Below are positions 48,085-61,011 of a DNA stretch of 64,000 nucleotides, in pieces. The notes below the pieces were generated by a model that was given only the letters and a program-made list of their open reading frames with translations, did not search any database and was not told the origin of the DNA. Each line of letters begins with the position of its first letter. Position 1 is the first letter of the stretch. A program made the position numbers and the translations under genes. The stretch is from Octopus bimaculoides (taxonomy: Eukaryota). The stretch spans positions 163,126,765 to 163,190,764 of the forward strand of contig NC_068982.1 of NCBI RefSeq assembly GCF_001194135.2, in the 5' to 3' direction.

Positions 48085-49270
48085 TGTTAAGTGGTTAATA
48101 TGTTTCCAGCACTCCTTGCTTTGTGGAGGTTGTCAATGTTTGTGGTCTTATGCAATGCTTCTCGTGGACATTCCGAACTGTTCTATCATAATGTGAAAAT
48201 GCAGCTGAAGTGCAAAGACAGTTTAGGAGGGAGTTTCAAACAGATCCACCAACGCGACTTACCACCACTCGAATTAGAGATAAGTTTGAAGCTGATAGAA
48301 CAGTTCAGAATGTCCACGAGAAGCATTGCAGAAAACCACAAACATTGACAACCTCCACAAAGCAAGGAGTGCTGGAAACATACCACCAAAGTCCAAGAAA
48401 ATATGTGTGGCAAGAAAATATGTGTGCATTTTGAAGCATTGTCAATGGAAAAGTTATGTTCCAAGATTAGTCCATGCTATTAATGATGATGACCCAGACT
48501 GAAGAGTGCAGTATTTTGAGTGGTACTTGGCACAATGTGTAGAAGATGCACACTTTCCAACAAAGACTGTGTGGAGTGATGAGGCCACATTCAAATTAAA
48601 TAGTTCAATTGTACCTACAGGGGACTTGAGAATCTGCATATTATGTTGGAACACCATGCTAATTTACCAGGAGTTACATTGTGGTGTGGCTTATCATCAA
48701 GAGGATTAATTGGACCATTCTTTTTTTATGTTACTGTGACTGGTCCCATTCACTTGAACTTGTGGCAATAGTCTGTCACGCCAAGCATTAGAGAAGATGA
48801 GGAGTTTTATTTTCAGCAAGATGAGGCACACCCACACTACCATTGCGATGTTAGATCCTTCCTTGATAAGATCTTGCCAAACAGGTGGATTGGATGAAGG
48901 GGTTTTGTTGAATACCCTCTGTGTTTGCCAGACCTCACACCACTAAACTTTTTTATATGGGGATATGGGGATACGTAAAAGACAAAGTCTATGCTATGAA
49001 ATCTGCAACAGTTGCTGATTTGAGAGCAACCATTGAACGAGAATGCACACAAATACCAAACGAATTGTTTCATGATGTTTGCAATTCAATTTGCTTCGCG
49101 TTTTCAGCAGTGCCTGGACCAGAATGGATGTCAGTTTGAAAACAGGCATTGACAAAACAATAAAATAATGTCTGTAGATTCTATTAAATTTTTAAAATGA
49201 AATGTATTTTAATAAACACCTTCTTAACAATTATTTAAAGTGTGTATACATTTTTGGGGGATACCCTGTA
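48085..49270 (+). mobile_element. Tc1-like DNA transposon (DUF4817-type HTH plus transposase), decayed
   Basis: [57 protein letters not shown]; 3' TIR ...TTTGGGGGATACCCTGTA ending at about 49270; 5' end lost in the gap. Confidence 0.85.
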
Positions 49271-49906
49271 TATATTTGCTTACTAGCATGGAAGAATGGT
49301 CATAACATTGTGATGATGATCACACTCAATGTATAATGAAGATATTGATTGGTATTAGCTTATATAAATGCAAATTGTCTACCTCTCACATATTTGTATG
49401 CACACACAAATAAACACATGTACATAGATAAACGCATATACTGACACACATATTCATATACATATGCATAACATGCCCCATTAATTTCATGCACCAAACT
49501 AGAATAACACTTGTTAGAATTTAAATAAGGGGACACATGTATATGTATGCGTACAAATATACATACATACATACATACATATAAATATATACATATATAC
49601 ATATACAGAAGGTTATAAAGGACACAGGTTTCGTGTGTCACATAGCTAGCTAGAGGCGATGGCTTCTTGGAGCTAATTCACGGCAGCTTTCGTCCTAATT
49701 TTGGGACTGCCATGTTGGCTTGGCGATAACTATTAATTTCCAGTACCGCTGCCGTAGTCTCCTTTAGAGAGACTTAGAAATATTAATAACTCTATATATA
49801 TATATATATGTACACAATTAGAAAAGTATAAAAAATTAGATGGTTACGTGAATAATGCATGTTTTTTCAAATTGTCTGCCTGTTAAGCTGTTCAGTAAAT
49901 GAATAA

Positions 49907-49908
<2 letters not shown>

Positions 49909-49952
<44 letters not shown>
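49909..49952 (+). repeat. 44-nt poly(A) tract directly preceded by AATAAA
   Basis: AATAAA at 49902-49907, then A44. Confidence 0.8.
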
Positions 49953-49955
<3 letters not shown>

Positions 49956-50053
49956 AAGAAATTAAGAGGAAATAAATTCAGTGAAAGGAAAGAAGAAAGT
50001 ATAAACACACAACATACATATACATGTATACACACACAAAATATGTACACACA

Positions 50054-50103
50054 TGCATCAGGCTGATGACGAGCAATGACTCAGAAACATGTCCCTGAAT
50101 GCA
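50054..50103 (+). ncRNA. Minimal type I hammerhead ribozyme motif (Penelope/retrozyme-like)
   Basis: Stem I TGCATCAGG(50054-62)/CCTGA-a-TGCA(50094-103); core CTGATGA(50063-69); stem II GAG/CTC with CAATGA loop; GAAA(50084-87); palindromic stem III ACATGT; GTC cleavage triplet 50091-93. The 10.1-11.1 pair is C-A. Confidence 0.65.
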
Positions 50104-50419
50104 GACTAGGCTGGGTGGGGAGGCTTGTCTACCCTTCACAAATATAAGGACACAGGAAATGTGTCAAGGCCAACAGGAAGCGGTCCAGCTTCCNNNNNNN
50201 NNNAGGAAATGTGTCAAGGCCAACAGGAAGCGGTCCAGCTTCCTAGGGCTAAATAGCAGCAGTATGATTCCCTTAATGGGTCTGCCACATTAAGTTGACA
50301 GTAAACAACTGCTTTATCGTAATACTGCTGCTTATGTCTCTCAGTGAGATTTATAATTAGATCATTTCTAATATATCTATATCTATCTATCTATCTATTT
50401 ATTTATCTATATATATGTA

Positions 50420-51757
50420 TACTAGCTGGTGTACCTGGTAATTCCTGGGGGTAAAGATGTTCTATTGAAACGCCTTACTACTCTGATATAAGAAGGCAAT
50501 TTCGTTATAACTACCACAAAAGGTATATTTTCCGTCACAAAAAAGTACAAAAAAACTGAAGCTGGAGGAGGGAGAGATTGTTGGAGGTTGATGAGAGAGG
50601 TTGGCGAGAAAGATTGTCGGAGGTTGGTGACAGAGGTTATATAAATATATGGATGAAGTGTTTGAAGAAAGTGCAATAATAACGTTCACACTCACTGATG
50701 GTCGCTCTCAGTAACTGCCTTTAGGTTACGGAATTCTTGTTTTTATAACTATCAAAAAGCAGCCAGAAGGATAGACATATTGTTGAGAACAAATGATTGC
50801 GTTCGAGGTCTGTTATCTCCATTCCAGCCAGTGGTGGCCTAGAAGGGTCAAGTGGCAAAGACATTATTCTGCTTAGCGAAGGCAGCGGGGAAATGTATAA
50901 CTGCTGCCATTCACAGAAAGACTATTGTTTTACCGTGAGAAAAGCACTGTCGAAGTGTTAAATGAAATTTGGCAATAAAAGATCGAATTTACGCTATGCC
51001 TGCATGAAGCTACTACAAATATGTTGTGGAATAAAAAATTTATCTACTGTCATGGAAAAAGTGTAACTGTAAAAATGCAGAATTATCGGGCATTCAAAAA
51101 AGTATGTATGTATAGACATGTATGGATGAAGTCTTTAAGGTTTAAGATTCAAATTAAGGAAGTGCAATAATAATGTTTAGCAGTTCAAAACAGTGAGTAG
51201 TGAAATGCAGAATTAGGTCGGCTGATCATGAGAATCAAATATCGATTGCTTCGCTAAAAACTGCAGGTGGTATGGGTTATTTCCCTTGGGTTGTTTAAAT
51301 AAAATATTAGTAATATGTAGTAGATAAAAGGATCCATTGGAGGAGGCCTATTATCTATTTTTTTCAATAATATAAGTATATCATGAGGTTTCCACGTGTC
51401 AAAGTGATATTGTCTGCAAAAATTAGAAATTGGACACACAAAAAATCATTATTCAAAGTAATTGAATATAAACAATGAAATGGATTATTTCCCTTGAGTG
51501 TTTAAAAAAATATTGTGCAGATGCTATGGGTTATTTCCCTTGCATGTTTAAAAAAAATTAATTATATGAGGTAGATATAAATGTCCCTTCCAGTGGCTGT
51601 ATTATCGATTTTTTCAACAATCTAAGTATGTCACGAGGTTTCCAGACATGAGTTCTACTCACGTGTCAAGTTTCATCAAAATCAATTAAACGATGTAGGA
51701 GGTGTTAGCTAACAACGCCACAAACAAACACACTGATTTTCCACATATGTAGTAGAT
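50420..51757 (+). mobile_element. Non-autonomous Helitron/Helentron (DINE/HINE-like) element
   Basis: 5' TACTAGCTGGTGTACCTGG...CCTGGGG; 3' AAGTTTCATCAAAATC...CAAACAAACACAC...TAGTAGAT; internal ~245-bp tandem duplication (51270-51410 vs 51510-51660). Confidence 0.55.
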
Positions 51758-51996
51758 ACCACATAAAATGCACTTGTGCCAGTGCTGCATAAATGAACAT
51801 GTGCTGGTGGCATGTATACATCATCCAGCATACTCTGCAACGTGGTTAGAATTAGGAAGGGCATCCAGCCATTGAAACCATGCCACAACAGACAACTTGT
51901 GTCTGGATAGCTCCCCAGCTGGCCAGCTCCATGTCAAACCATCCAACCCATGCCAGTATGGAAAACAGGCATTAAATAATGATGATGATGATGATG

Positions 51997-52032
<36 letters not shown>

Positions 52033-52505
52033 TACACACATGTATCAGTATAAAGATTATGGGAACAGAAATGAAATTACAATCATAGATGTGTATGAGC
52101 ACACACTCCAATGGTTATGTAAATAAATTATTGAATAAATGTGAATGTATATCAATATACACATATTTACATACATGCTTGTTTATATACATGCACACAC
52201 ACACAGTACATATTATTTTACATACATGCATATATTTTTCTGATGGAAACCAATGACCAGCATCATGTGAATTTTAAAAGAAAAGTATATGAACTGCTAG
52301 AACTGATATCATGAAAGATTAATTTAATTTATGAACTTTAGATTAGTTGAAATATGTTTTTGATATTTTAATTTCTAAAGATAAATTCACTGTAGTTAGT
52401 GTGGAGAAAAAAATTCTTGTTCTTGGTAAAATGTGTAAAAGCCCCATACCTGGCCAGTGTCTTCATTAAAGATAGACAACTCTGAGTAGATTCTGAAGCC
52501 ATAAT

Positions 52506-52611
52506 TTTATCATAGAACAGTCAATATCAGCTGATACTACTGTATCTATTCTGACCAGGTGGTCTGCGAGAGGAATCAATCAATCAATGATATTGACTGT
52601 TCTATGATAAA
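52506..52611. repeat. Perfect 24-bp inverted repeat (small MITE-like hairpin)
   Basis: TTTATCATAGAACAGTCAATATCA (52506-52529) / TGATATTGACTGTTCTATGATAAA (52588-52611). Confidence 0.85.
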
Positions 52612-53534
52612 GCTAAGTCTTTAGAATCTGCCCACCATTTTCTCTCTTCAGTATCTTTTATTGAGGAAGTTTAAAGAACCAGAAATGTATCTGGGAGTCC
52701 ACGAGGAGGAAACGCAAGACAGATATGGTGTTTTCACTCTTTTTACCATAAGTGAGGGTTTTTCTCCCTAGTAACTACAGTGAATTTGCCTTTAGAAGTT
52801 AAGATATGCTCCAAACATAATTAACTAACTTAAAGTCCATTTATTCTGCATTACTGCTTTGTGCTGATGCTACTGCAATTTAATTTTATTTACTTCACTT
52901 TACATTCCTTTCTCTTTCAGTATGATTAAATTTCTTTTTAAACAATTGAAGCTGGTAGCATATTTTGATAAAAATGTAAATCCTTTCTTTCTGTTACCCA
53001 CGATAAAGTTCTCAAAGCATTTTCAATTTGTTTTTCAGTATAGATTTACTGATGTAAAATTTCTTAACCTTTTCAACACACACACACACACACACACACA
53101 CATAAACGTGTGTGTGTGTATGTGTGTGTGTGTGTGTGCATATTTTGTATGTGCATGCATGTGTGCAAAATGTACAGGCGTATTTGTTTATGTGTGTGTA
53201 TATGTTGTGTGTCTATTCTTTCTCTTTTCCTTTCACCAATTTTATTTTACCTTTATTTTTGCATGCATATATTGATGCATTTATTGAATTGCTTAATGGA
53301 CAGACTATTTTGATAATATACATTATTCACATGATCATTCAAGTTTTTCTAAATTTTTTTAGAACAATCTAGAGATAGTTATATTTATTATTATTTGTCA
53401 GTCTTTATAAATAGAATCCTCCTAATTTGAAACCAGTTTGATAAGTGCCATGCATGAATCTCTTGGCCCTTGGCCCAGAATATTCCTTTACAACAATCAT
53501 GTGATATCAATACAAGGAGAACACAAATACCCCC

Positions 53535-53594
<60 letters not shown>

Positions 53595-54029
53595 TATGTA
53601 TGTATCTACAAATTCACTCACAAAGCTTTGGTTGGCCAGGTTATAGTAAAAGAAAAGAGACTTGCCTGAGGTACTATACAATAGGACTGAACCTGTAACT
53701 ATATTGTTGGGAAGCAAACTCCTTAACTACATTGTCACACCTACACCTATTATATATAAATATGAACTATATGTGTGTGTGTATGTGTATGTGTACATGT
53801 GTGTGTGTATGTGTGTGTGCATATATATATATATATATCTTCGAAACATCAAGCTAGAATAGAGGCAGCTGATGAATAATTCCAAATGGCTTTCTGTTTT
53901 CCTATGTGTTCGTTCCGTTGTCTGTAGTTCATTGTTCTAACGTCCTGTACCCTGATATGTATCTATATACACATGTAGATGAAAGTATATACATATATGT
54001 GTGTATACATGCATATATATTTTTTGTAT

Positions 54030-54060
<31 letters not shown>

Positions 54061-54140
54061 GTATATATANNNNNNNNNNNNNNNNNNNNNNNNNNNNNNN
54101 NNNNNNNNNNNNNNNNNNNNNNNNNNNNNNNNNNNNNNAT

Positions 54141-54179
<39 letters not shown>

Positions 54180-54313
54180 ATTTATTCTCAAGTGCAGAAT
54201 AATGCACAAACAGCATGAATAGGATAATATCCTTATATTGCAGAAAATTTTGTCAGCGGCCAGCTATGAGACTAGAACTCACATCGCTGTGGTTACCAGG
54301 ATTTCAACAACTT

Positions 54314-54553
54314 CTATTTAATTAGGGGAGAAAAACTTCGTTGGAGTAAATTGTTTGTTAACTTTCCAGTACAAATCTCTCCTAAAATCTCATCAGTATC
54401 AGCTTTGTTGTACTTCTCCCACTCATCCTCCTCCTCATTATATTCATCACTGTTGTTGTCATCAATTTCATTGTTGTAGTTTTTGTTATCTCTACTACTA
54501 CTACTACTACTACTAGACTGTCTGATGTGATTATCATCTGAAGATTCAGTGTG
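54314..54553 (-). CDS. Candidate terminal exon of an unknown minus-strand gene (acidic, Ser-rich)
   Basis: Acceptor TTGTTGTTTGCAG, then 79 open codons HTESSDDNH...DEWEKYNKADTDEILGEICTGKL...LIK*; no recognisable homology. Confidence 0.25.
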   Translation of the reverse strand, partial: HTESSDDNHIRQSSSSSSSSRDNKNYNNEIDDNNSDEYNEEEDEWEKYNKADTDEILGEICTGKLTNNLLQRSFSPLIK

Positions 54554-54859
54554 CTGCAAACAACAATTTCAGCAGCAGCAGCAGCAGCAGCAAACATGAT
54601 GAATGATTGTGGGATGAGAAAATCACCAGGACTGGAAGGGTTGCAGCACAGACTTTTCTGTCACATGCCTTATTTGACTTGTTCACTACTATCTTTGCAG
54701 TTACCTGTTGCAACAGATAGCAGACTAGGAGCTTTCTAGGTCATGTGAATTGGGGAATGATGTGGCTGAGAAAGGACACTAACAAAAGAATATATAACAG
54801 ACGACTTCAGGCCTATGACTCTGTTCAACTCAGACCTTAAAGCTGGTGCTTTAAGATAC

Positions 54860-55083
54860 TCGTGTCATGCAAGTGGCACCAATGCCGGTGGCACGTAAAA
54901 GCATCCATTACACTCTTGGAGTGGTTGGTGTTAGGAAGAAACAGCTGTAGAAACCATGCCAAATCATACTGGAGTCTAGTGCAGCCCCTCAGCTTGCCAG
55001 CCCTGGTCAAACCATCCAACCCATGCCAACATGGACAACGGACATTAAATGAAAATGATGATGATGATGATGATGATGATGAT
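54860..55083 (+). mobile_element. RTE-tailed element (short copy)
   Basis: GGTGGCACGTAAAAGCATCC...TTAGGAAG...GGACATTAAATG(GAT)n. Confidence 0.7.
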
Positions 55084-56992
55084 AATGAATATCTTGTTTA
55101 ATTATTGTGTTTGTATTATAAAGCTTCTTTCAGTGGCTCACTACAAAGTTCGATGAACGTTAAATAATTCCACTAAAGTAATGATAGGTAAAATGAGATG
55201 AATATATATGATCTTTCAGTTTTCATTCACCAAATCCAATCACAAGGCCTTGGTCAATTGCCAAAGGTACCACGCAGTAGGACTGAACCCAGAACCATGT
55301 GGCTAAGAAGGAGACTTCTTACCACACAGCCACGCCTGCACTTATATTACTGAACAACAACAACAACAACAGCAACAACAAAACAAATGCCCTGATGCAA
55401 TACCAGGCAGTGGTTCTCATGGTTTTTGATCTTGATTAATTGGAAGTGTTATCATGTACATCGTTTTGTCTTGGTATAAAAGATGGGCTACGCAAGTATT
55501 CTGCTCATTACCACAAATTTGCTTGTTAGCTGCTTGACCGTAACCAGCTGAGCATGTCCCTTAGTGGTTGATGATATGTGCATCTCTGATCATGAGCAAA
55601 AGTAGTGGGAGAGCATCATAGCCATGCGTTGAAAAGAATTCCTTGGGAGACATGGGTGTTTCATTCATCATACTTAAACAAACCTTATTTAGGGACCTTT
55701 TGAGTGGGATGGGTTACTCAAACCAAAGAAAATTCTAACTGGGCCCTGACCTGCAAGGTCATGTGCTGTTTATGTTGATATGATATCACCATGTTGTGCA
55801 CATGTGGTTGTGATGCATATGCCTGATGTACTCTTATCAGATGGGTAGTCATGATGGGTATACTGGGCTTTATATATTTGTACCCCAGTGTCATTTAGAT
55901 GGTATGCGCTGCCCTCTCACTCATTAATAATAACAATAGTTTCTGATTTAGGCACAAGTGCAACAATTTTGAAGGGAAAGAAGTTGGCTGATACCACCAG
56001 TATCAGTACTTGACTGGTTATTTTGTTAATTGTGGCAAGATGAATGGCAAAATTAATCTTGGCTAGACTTGAACTCAGAATGTAAAGAACTAGAAGAAAT
56101 TCCTCAAAGTATTTTTTCCAATGTCTTAATGATTCTGGCAATCCCCCATTCCAGTGATTGGTAATAATAAGCAAACAATCTTTATTTCAAACTCAGTCAG
56201 TAGCTGTAATTGATTACTGATCAAATTTAATTCACATGATATAGATACATGCATACACGCACACACACTCATGCACATATATACGCACGTATGTATGTAT
56301 GTATGTATGTATGTATGTATATGATTTCTTCTGTCCATATTTTGTATTCAAATTACATTAGTGCACAGCTTTATTTTATATTTTTATTTCCTTGGGGGTG
56401 GAGTTGATAAAAATAAGTATTAGTTGTGTATGAGTAAAATCATTATTAGAAGTTATAAAGGACAAAGTGAAGTGATTAGAAGCTAATGTACAATGTAAGC
56501 AATTTAGAAAGTGCTAAGGAGAAAAACAATAGTAGTACAGCAGCAAAAGAAAAAGTAAAAAACAATTTGAGAGAAAGAGAAGTATGTGGGGTTTTTAGTG
56601 TTATCTTTTTGTTTAATAGTATGATTTTTCAGCTTTCAAGTTAAAAGAAATAAACGAATAAATAAATAAAAATTAAAGATCTCAGCTGTTGTTGTAGGTT
56701 TTTCTTGACCCAACATTTTGCTTCCAACCTAATGAGATTTCTATTTGAAAGGTTTCGTTTTTACAAACAATTTCTTTTAAACACTGAAATGAAACAAATA
56801 CAACTTAACACACAGACTCAGACACACACATACACCCACACACACACACACACATGAACACCATGCACATATATGCACTCAGAAAAACAAACAAATGTGC
56901 ATACACATACACTCCTATATATACACACACAAATCAGAAAAATGTGTACACAGGTATACATACATACACACTTTACATATATATACTTTATT

Positions 56993-57429
56993 GAGGTCAT
57001 CATTATCTTACAACTTATGCGACTTATGACCAATTGACTTTATGATGAATGGCCTGCCAGATCCCAGCAGCATTAATAAATAGTCCAGTTGAAATCTTAT
57101 GGGTTTAATTTCTTAGAAATTAACTTGTCTACGGGTGATGTCAGCTAACAAATGCTTCCCCTAGGTTTGGTTATCGATTGCCACTGTGGTTATCCCAAGT
57201 GTCGAATGAATATCTTGTTGTGGAGACATTGAGGCAACCTTGTATTTGTTTATAAGATGACTGCTTGAGACTCTGAAATTTTTGACTAATGCCAGTATAA
57301 TAGTATAATACAGAATGCGGTGTGTGACTTCTACCTGAGAATGTACCTTAAGAATGGGAAAAATATAAACAAATTGACTTACGACCAGTCAGTCTGAACC
57401 AATTGTGGTTGTAAGTCAATGACGACCTG
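56993..57429. mobile_element. Tigger/pogo-type MITE
   Basis: Imperfect TIRs GAGGTCATCATTATCTTACAAC (56993) and GTTGTAAGTCAATGACGACCTG (ends 57429, then TA). Confidence 0.6.
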
Positions 57430-58099
57430 TATATATATATAAAATACACATATCCATGCGGGTAAACTAAATATGCCAACTCATTCTTTCTATGCTAATG
57501 ATCCTTCCTTTTTTTCCCAAGCACCAATAACATAGAATGTGTTTACATTCTCAGTTCATCCTCAGTGAGGCTTTGCAATATTCAATTTCATAGATACATG
57601 TTTGCATATAAACATATGCACACACACACACACACACACATACACACGTACACTCTCCAAAATAAAGACAATCATTGTTTGAAAATTTGTTATTGATGTG
57701 TTGCTTGATGCTAAAAGGAATTGATGAGAAGTTCTGAAGTGGAAGAATTGGTTGACACTCTTTGAATCTTTCTTAATATATCACACACAGTATGAAGGTA
57801 TCAAGTTGACAGAAATGCTAGAATCAATGTCAAATTAAAAACCTTAAAGTATTTCTGAGTTCAGGTCCTGCTGCTTTCAACTTTACCTTTCATTCTACCA
57901 GAGCTGATAAAACAAATACCAGTCATGTCCTAAAGTTGATTTAAAAAAAAAATATATCCCTTGCTCTTGAAATCAATATTTTAAAGAGATTTTGAGGATA
58001 GTGAAGTTAGCTGAAACAGTGTTGTACTGCAGATTAAAGGCATTGAACATACATACATGTACATATTCACATATTAATATTTGAACTCTGAACAAATAC

Positions 58100-58480
58100 T
58101 GCAAGGCATTTTGTGGTGCTTCTACCAATTCACAATAATATAATAACTGCATCTTTAAATTCGTTTGGGACTTGGTGGTCTTCCCATGTTTACAGGATAA
58201 GAATGAAAAGCCTAGTTTGGAAAAGCAGTCTCTATTGTTTCAGTAATTCAAGAGGGATGTTGTTTGCATGTGGGGATATTCAGTTTCACACAATTCATGA
58301 TATTTTCAAAGTCTTGATGTGATGGTGGTACATTCATATTTAGTTATTTGAGATGATGTGGGATATTTCTTCTGCTTTTGTTGAATTCTGATTCAGTGAT
58401 GAGGGAAAAAATGTAGCTTCTATTATTTGAGCACATCTTGTAGCTCCTTCTGGATGTTGGTATTATCTGAGATTCATACA
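58100..58480 (-). mobile_element. RTE LINE ORF2 (N-terminal RT region) fragment
   Basis: Minus translation ...PLELLK...WEDHQVPNEFKDAVII (RTE 'W----IP-D/EFKDA-I' motif). Confidence 0.55.
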
Positions 58481-58739
58481 GGGCTAAATATTTACTTTAT
58501 GGTTAGAATATAGATAGAAGATGTATGTTTAGTAAAAAAGAAAAGAAGATATAGAAAGTAAAAATAAATATATACAGAATGGAACACATACAAAAGCAAT
58601 GCACTTTAATTGTATGTGTATCAGTGACAGAGTATGACCATAGTCAAGTGACTGGATCCAGTAACAGAGTAAAAGAGATTCTGCGCACACATGTGGCACA
58701 TACAATAAAAATAACTACACAATAACAAACCACAGCACA

Positions 58740-58960
58740 TATCCAAGGCACACAGACCTGTTCTTGGTAGTGCAGAGGAAGCACATAATTACTGGATCCT
58801 CTTCAGTAACTTAATCACTGGGAAAAGAGCACTAGGAAGTTTTTAAGCCATTACAGAAACCAGCTAAAATCAATCCTCAAAATGGCTAGAATTAAATAAC
58901 TCCTCTAAATATGGGAAACTGAAGCCCAGAAGCATTCCAATTAGTATCACTCTCCATTAT
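58740..58960 (+). mobile_element. RTE LINE ORF2 C-terminal fragment
   Basis: ILFSNLITGKRALG...HYRNQLKSILK, resembling RTE 'LY-EL--GKR--G---RYKD-LK'. Confidence 0.4.
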
Positions 58961-59208
58961 TGTTAGAATTAATATTTCTGAAACCCAAAGAAAAAGACAA
59001 GTTGAAGAAAAATGTGAAGAATGCAAGACACAACAACAACCATACCCTCTGCTAACTCTTCTTTGTCATCTTTGTTCCCATCTGTTTTGTATGAAGTTTG
59101 GCTTTTCCATTCTTAAATGCCATTGATATTAAGAAACAATTTAGTCAGGCAGGAACTGCAGTTCTCAGAAGCAAGAAACAGCTGCTGCTACCACTGATAT
59201 ATTGATCA

Positions 59209-59239
<31 letters not shown>

Positions 59240-59294
59240 TGTATGTATGTATGTATGTATGTATGTATGTATGTATGTATGCATGCATGTATGT

Positions 59295-59785
59295 ACACAA
59301 AGTTAAGTAAAAATTTGCACACACACTTGTTTTTTTAATATTTTAAAACAAAAGCAGAGGTGGATCAATTGCATCATTTTTTGACATAGTCTCCTTGTTT
59401 TTCGATGTACTTCTTCAATCAGTCCACAAGTTTACTTATTTCATCAGGGAAGAAAGTTTTGGGGCTGGTCATGCAGCCATTTATGCACTGTTTTCTATGC
59501 TTCATTGTCCACAGTAAATTTTTGACCATGTAAAGGATGTTTGAATGGTCCAAAGATAGTTGGAAGGGGAAAGATCAGAACTGTATGCAGGGTGTTCCAG
59601 CAACTTGAGATACAATTTTTTCAAGGTTTTAATTGTTTGGGTAGCTGTAGGTGGGCTTGCATTGTCATGCACTTTCTTTGACAATAGACCCCAGTATGTG
59701 GTGCGAATTGTTGGTTTCAGTTTGTTGGCCAGCATTTCACTGTAGTCTACACTAGTGACTATAGACTCCTTTTCCAGGTAAATGA
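59295..59785 (-). mobile_element. mariner transposon 3' remnant
   Basis: LLSKKVHDNASPPTA...LLEHPAYSSDLSPSNY (HDNARPH and HPPYSPDLAP motifs). Confidence 0.75.
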
Positions 59786-60496
59786 TGATGATGATGATGA
59801 TGATGACAGTGATGATGATAATGATACATATGTACACATAGAATCATAGATAGAGAGGTGAATACAGTCATAGTTTCAATGTACATGTACACACACACAC
59901 ACACATACATGTGCACACATATTTACTCTCAACCCAGGCTTCCATTGATATTTATTCTTTGACTCCAGTAATTATATTTTGCTTTATTATTTTTTTTTCA
60001 TAGTATTAAGGTGAATTAATTTTCCTTTGCTATATAGGAAAAAAAAAAAAATAGCAACAAAAAACTTACCAATTTTTCTTTCCCTCCAGTCGCAACACTG
60101 CAAGAGTTATGGAATTATCTTGTGTTGCCAAGCAGATACTCAACATAGTTATAGAGTCTAGATTTAAAAAATGGTGGATGAAATATAAAATATAAAAAGC
60201 CGCCAGCTTAGAGAAGAGTAGTAATAACAATAAAAACATTGACAAATATTCATGATTTAAATTTATTATTAAAATTTCAGAGATGGTTGTCATGTTTGTT
60301 TGACAACATTTCTGATTATGTAAGGTCATTCATAAGGTACAGGCAACTTTTCTTTTGTAAAATTAATAACATTTTTTCTTTACTTTTGGTTTTGTAAAGA
60401 ATTAAAAAGAAATATTTCGTTGAAATAATATCTGAAGGTTTATTGCACACACACACACACACACACACACTATACATACACATATACATACATGCA

Positions 60497-60530
<34 letters not shown>

Positions 60531-60560
60531 CATAGTGGATGTTAAATGATGATGATGATG

Positions 60561-60591
<31 letters not shown>

Positions 60592-60975
60592 TGTGTGTGT
60601 ATAAGTGTGTGTGTATATATATATTTATATACACATATATAATACACACACACACATAAGTAAGTATGAATGTATGCATGTATATATGCATGTATGCATG
60701 TATGTATATGGAAATAAGTCAGCATTATTAGTGGTATTGTCATGGCTATAAACATTTCGATATGGAGATGGTAGGTATGAACTTTGAAATTACTATTATA
60801 TTTCTATCATATATATTTCTTTATGTATGCATGTACATGTGTGGGTATCTGTGTGTGGTAATGTATGTGTGTGTTTGTGTATGTAAATGGAAAAAAATCA
60901 AATTTTAACTGATATTGTCATAGATGTAAACATTTCATTACAGAAGTGATGGATATGAAGACTGAAATTACTATT

Positions 60976-61011
<36 letters not shown>

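Noticed and set aside
53840-53880. CGAAACATC...CTGATGA as a type II hammerhead
   Set aside because: No convincing stems I, II or III.
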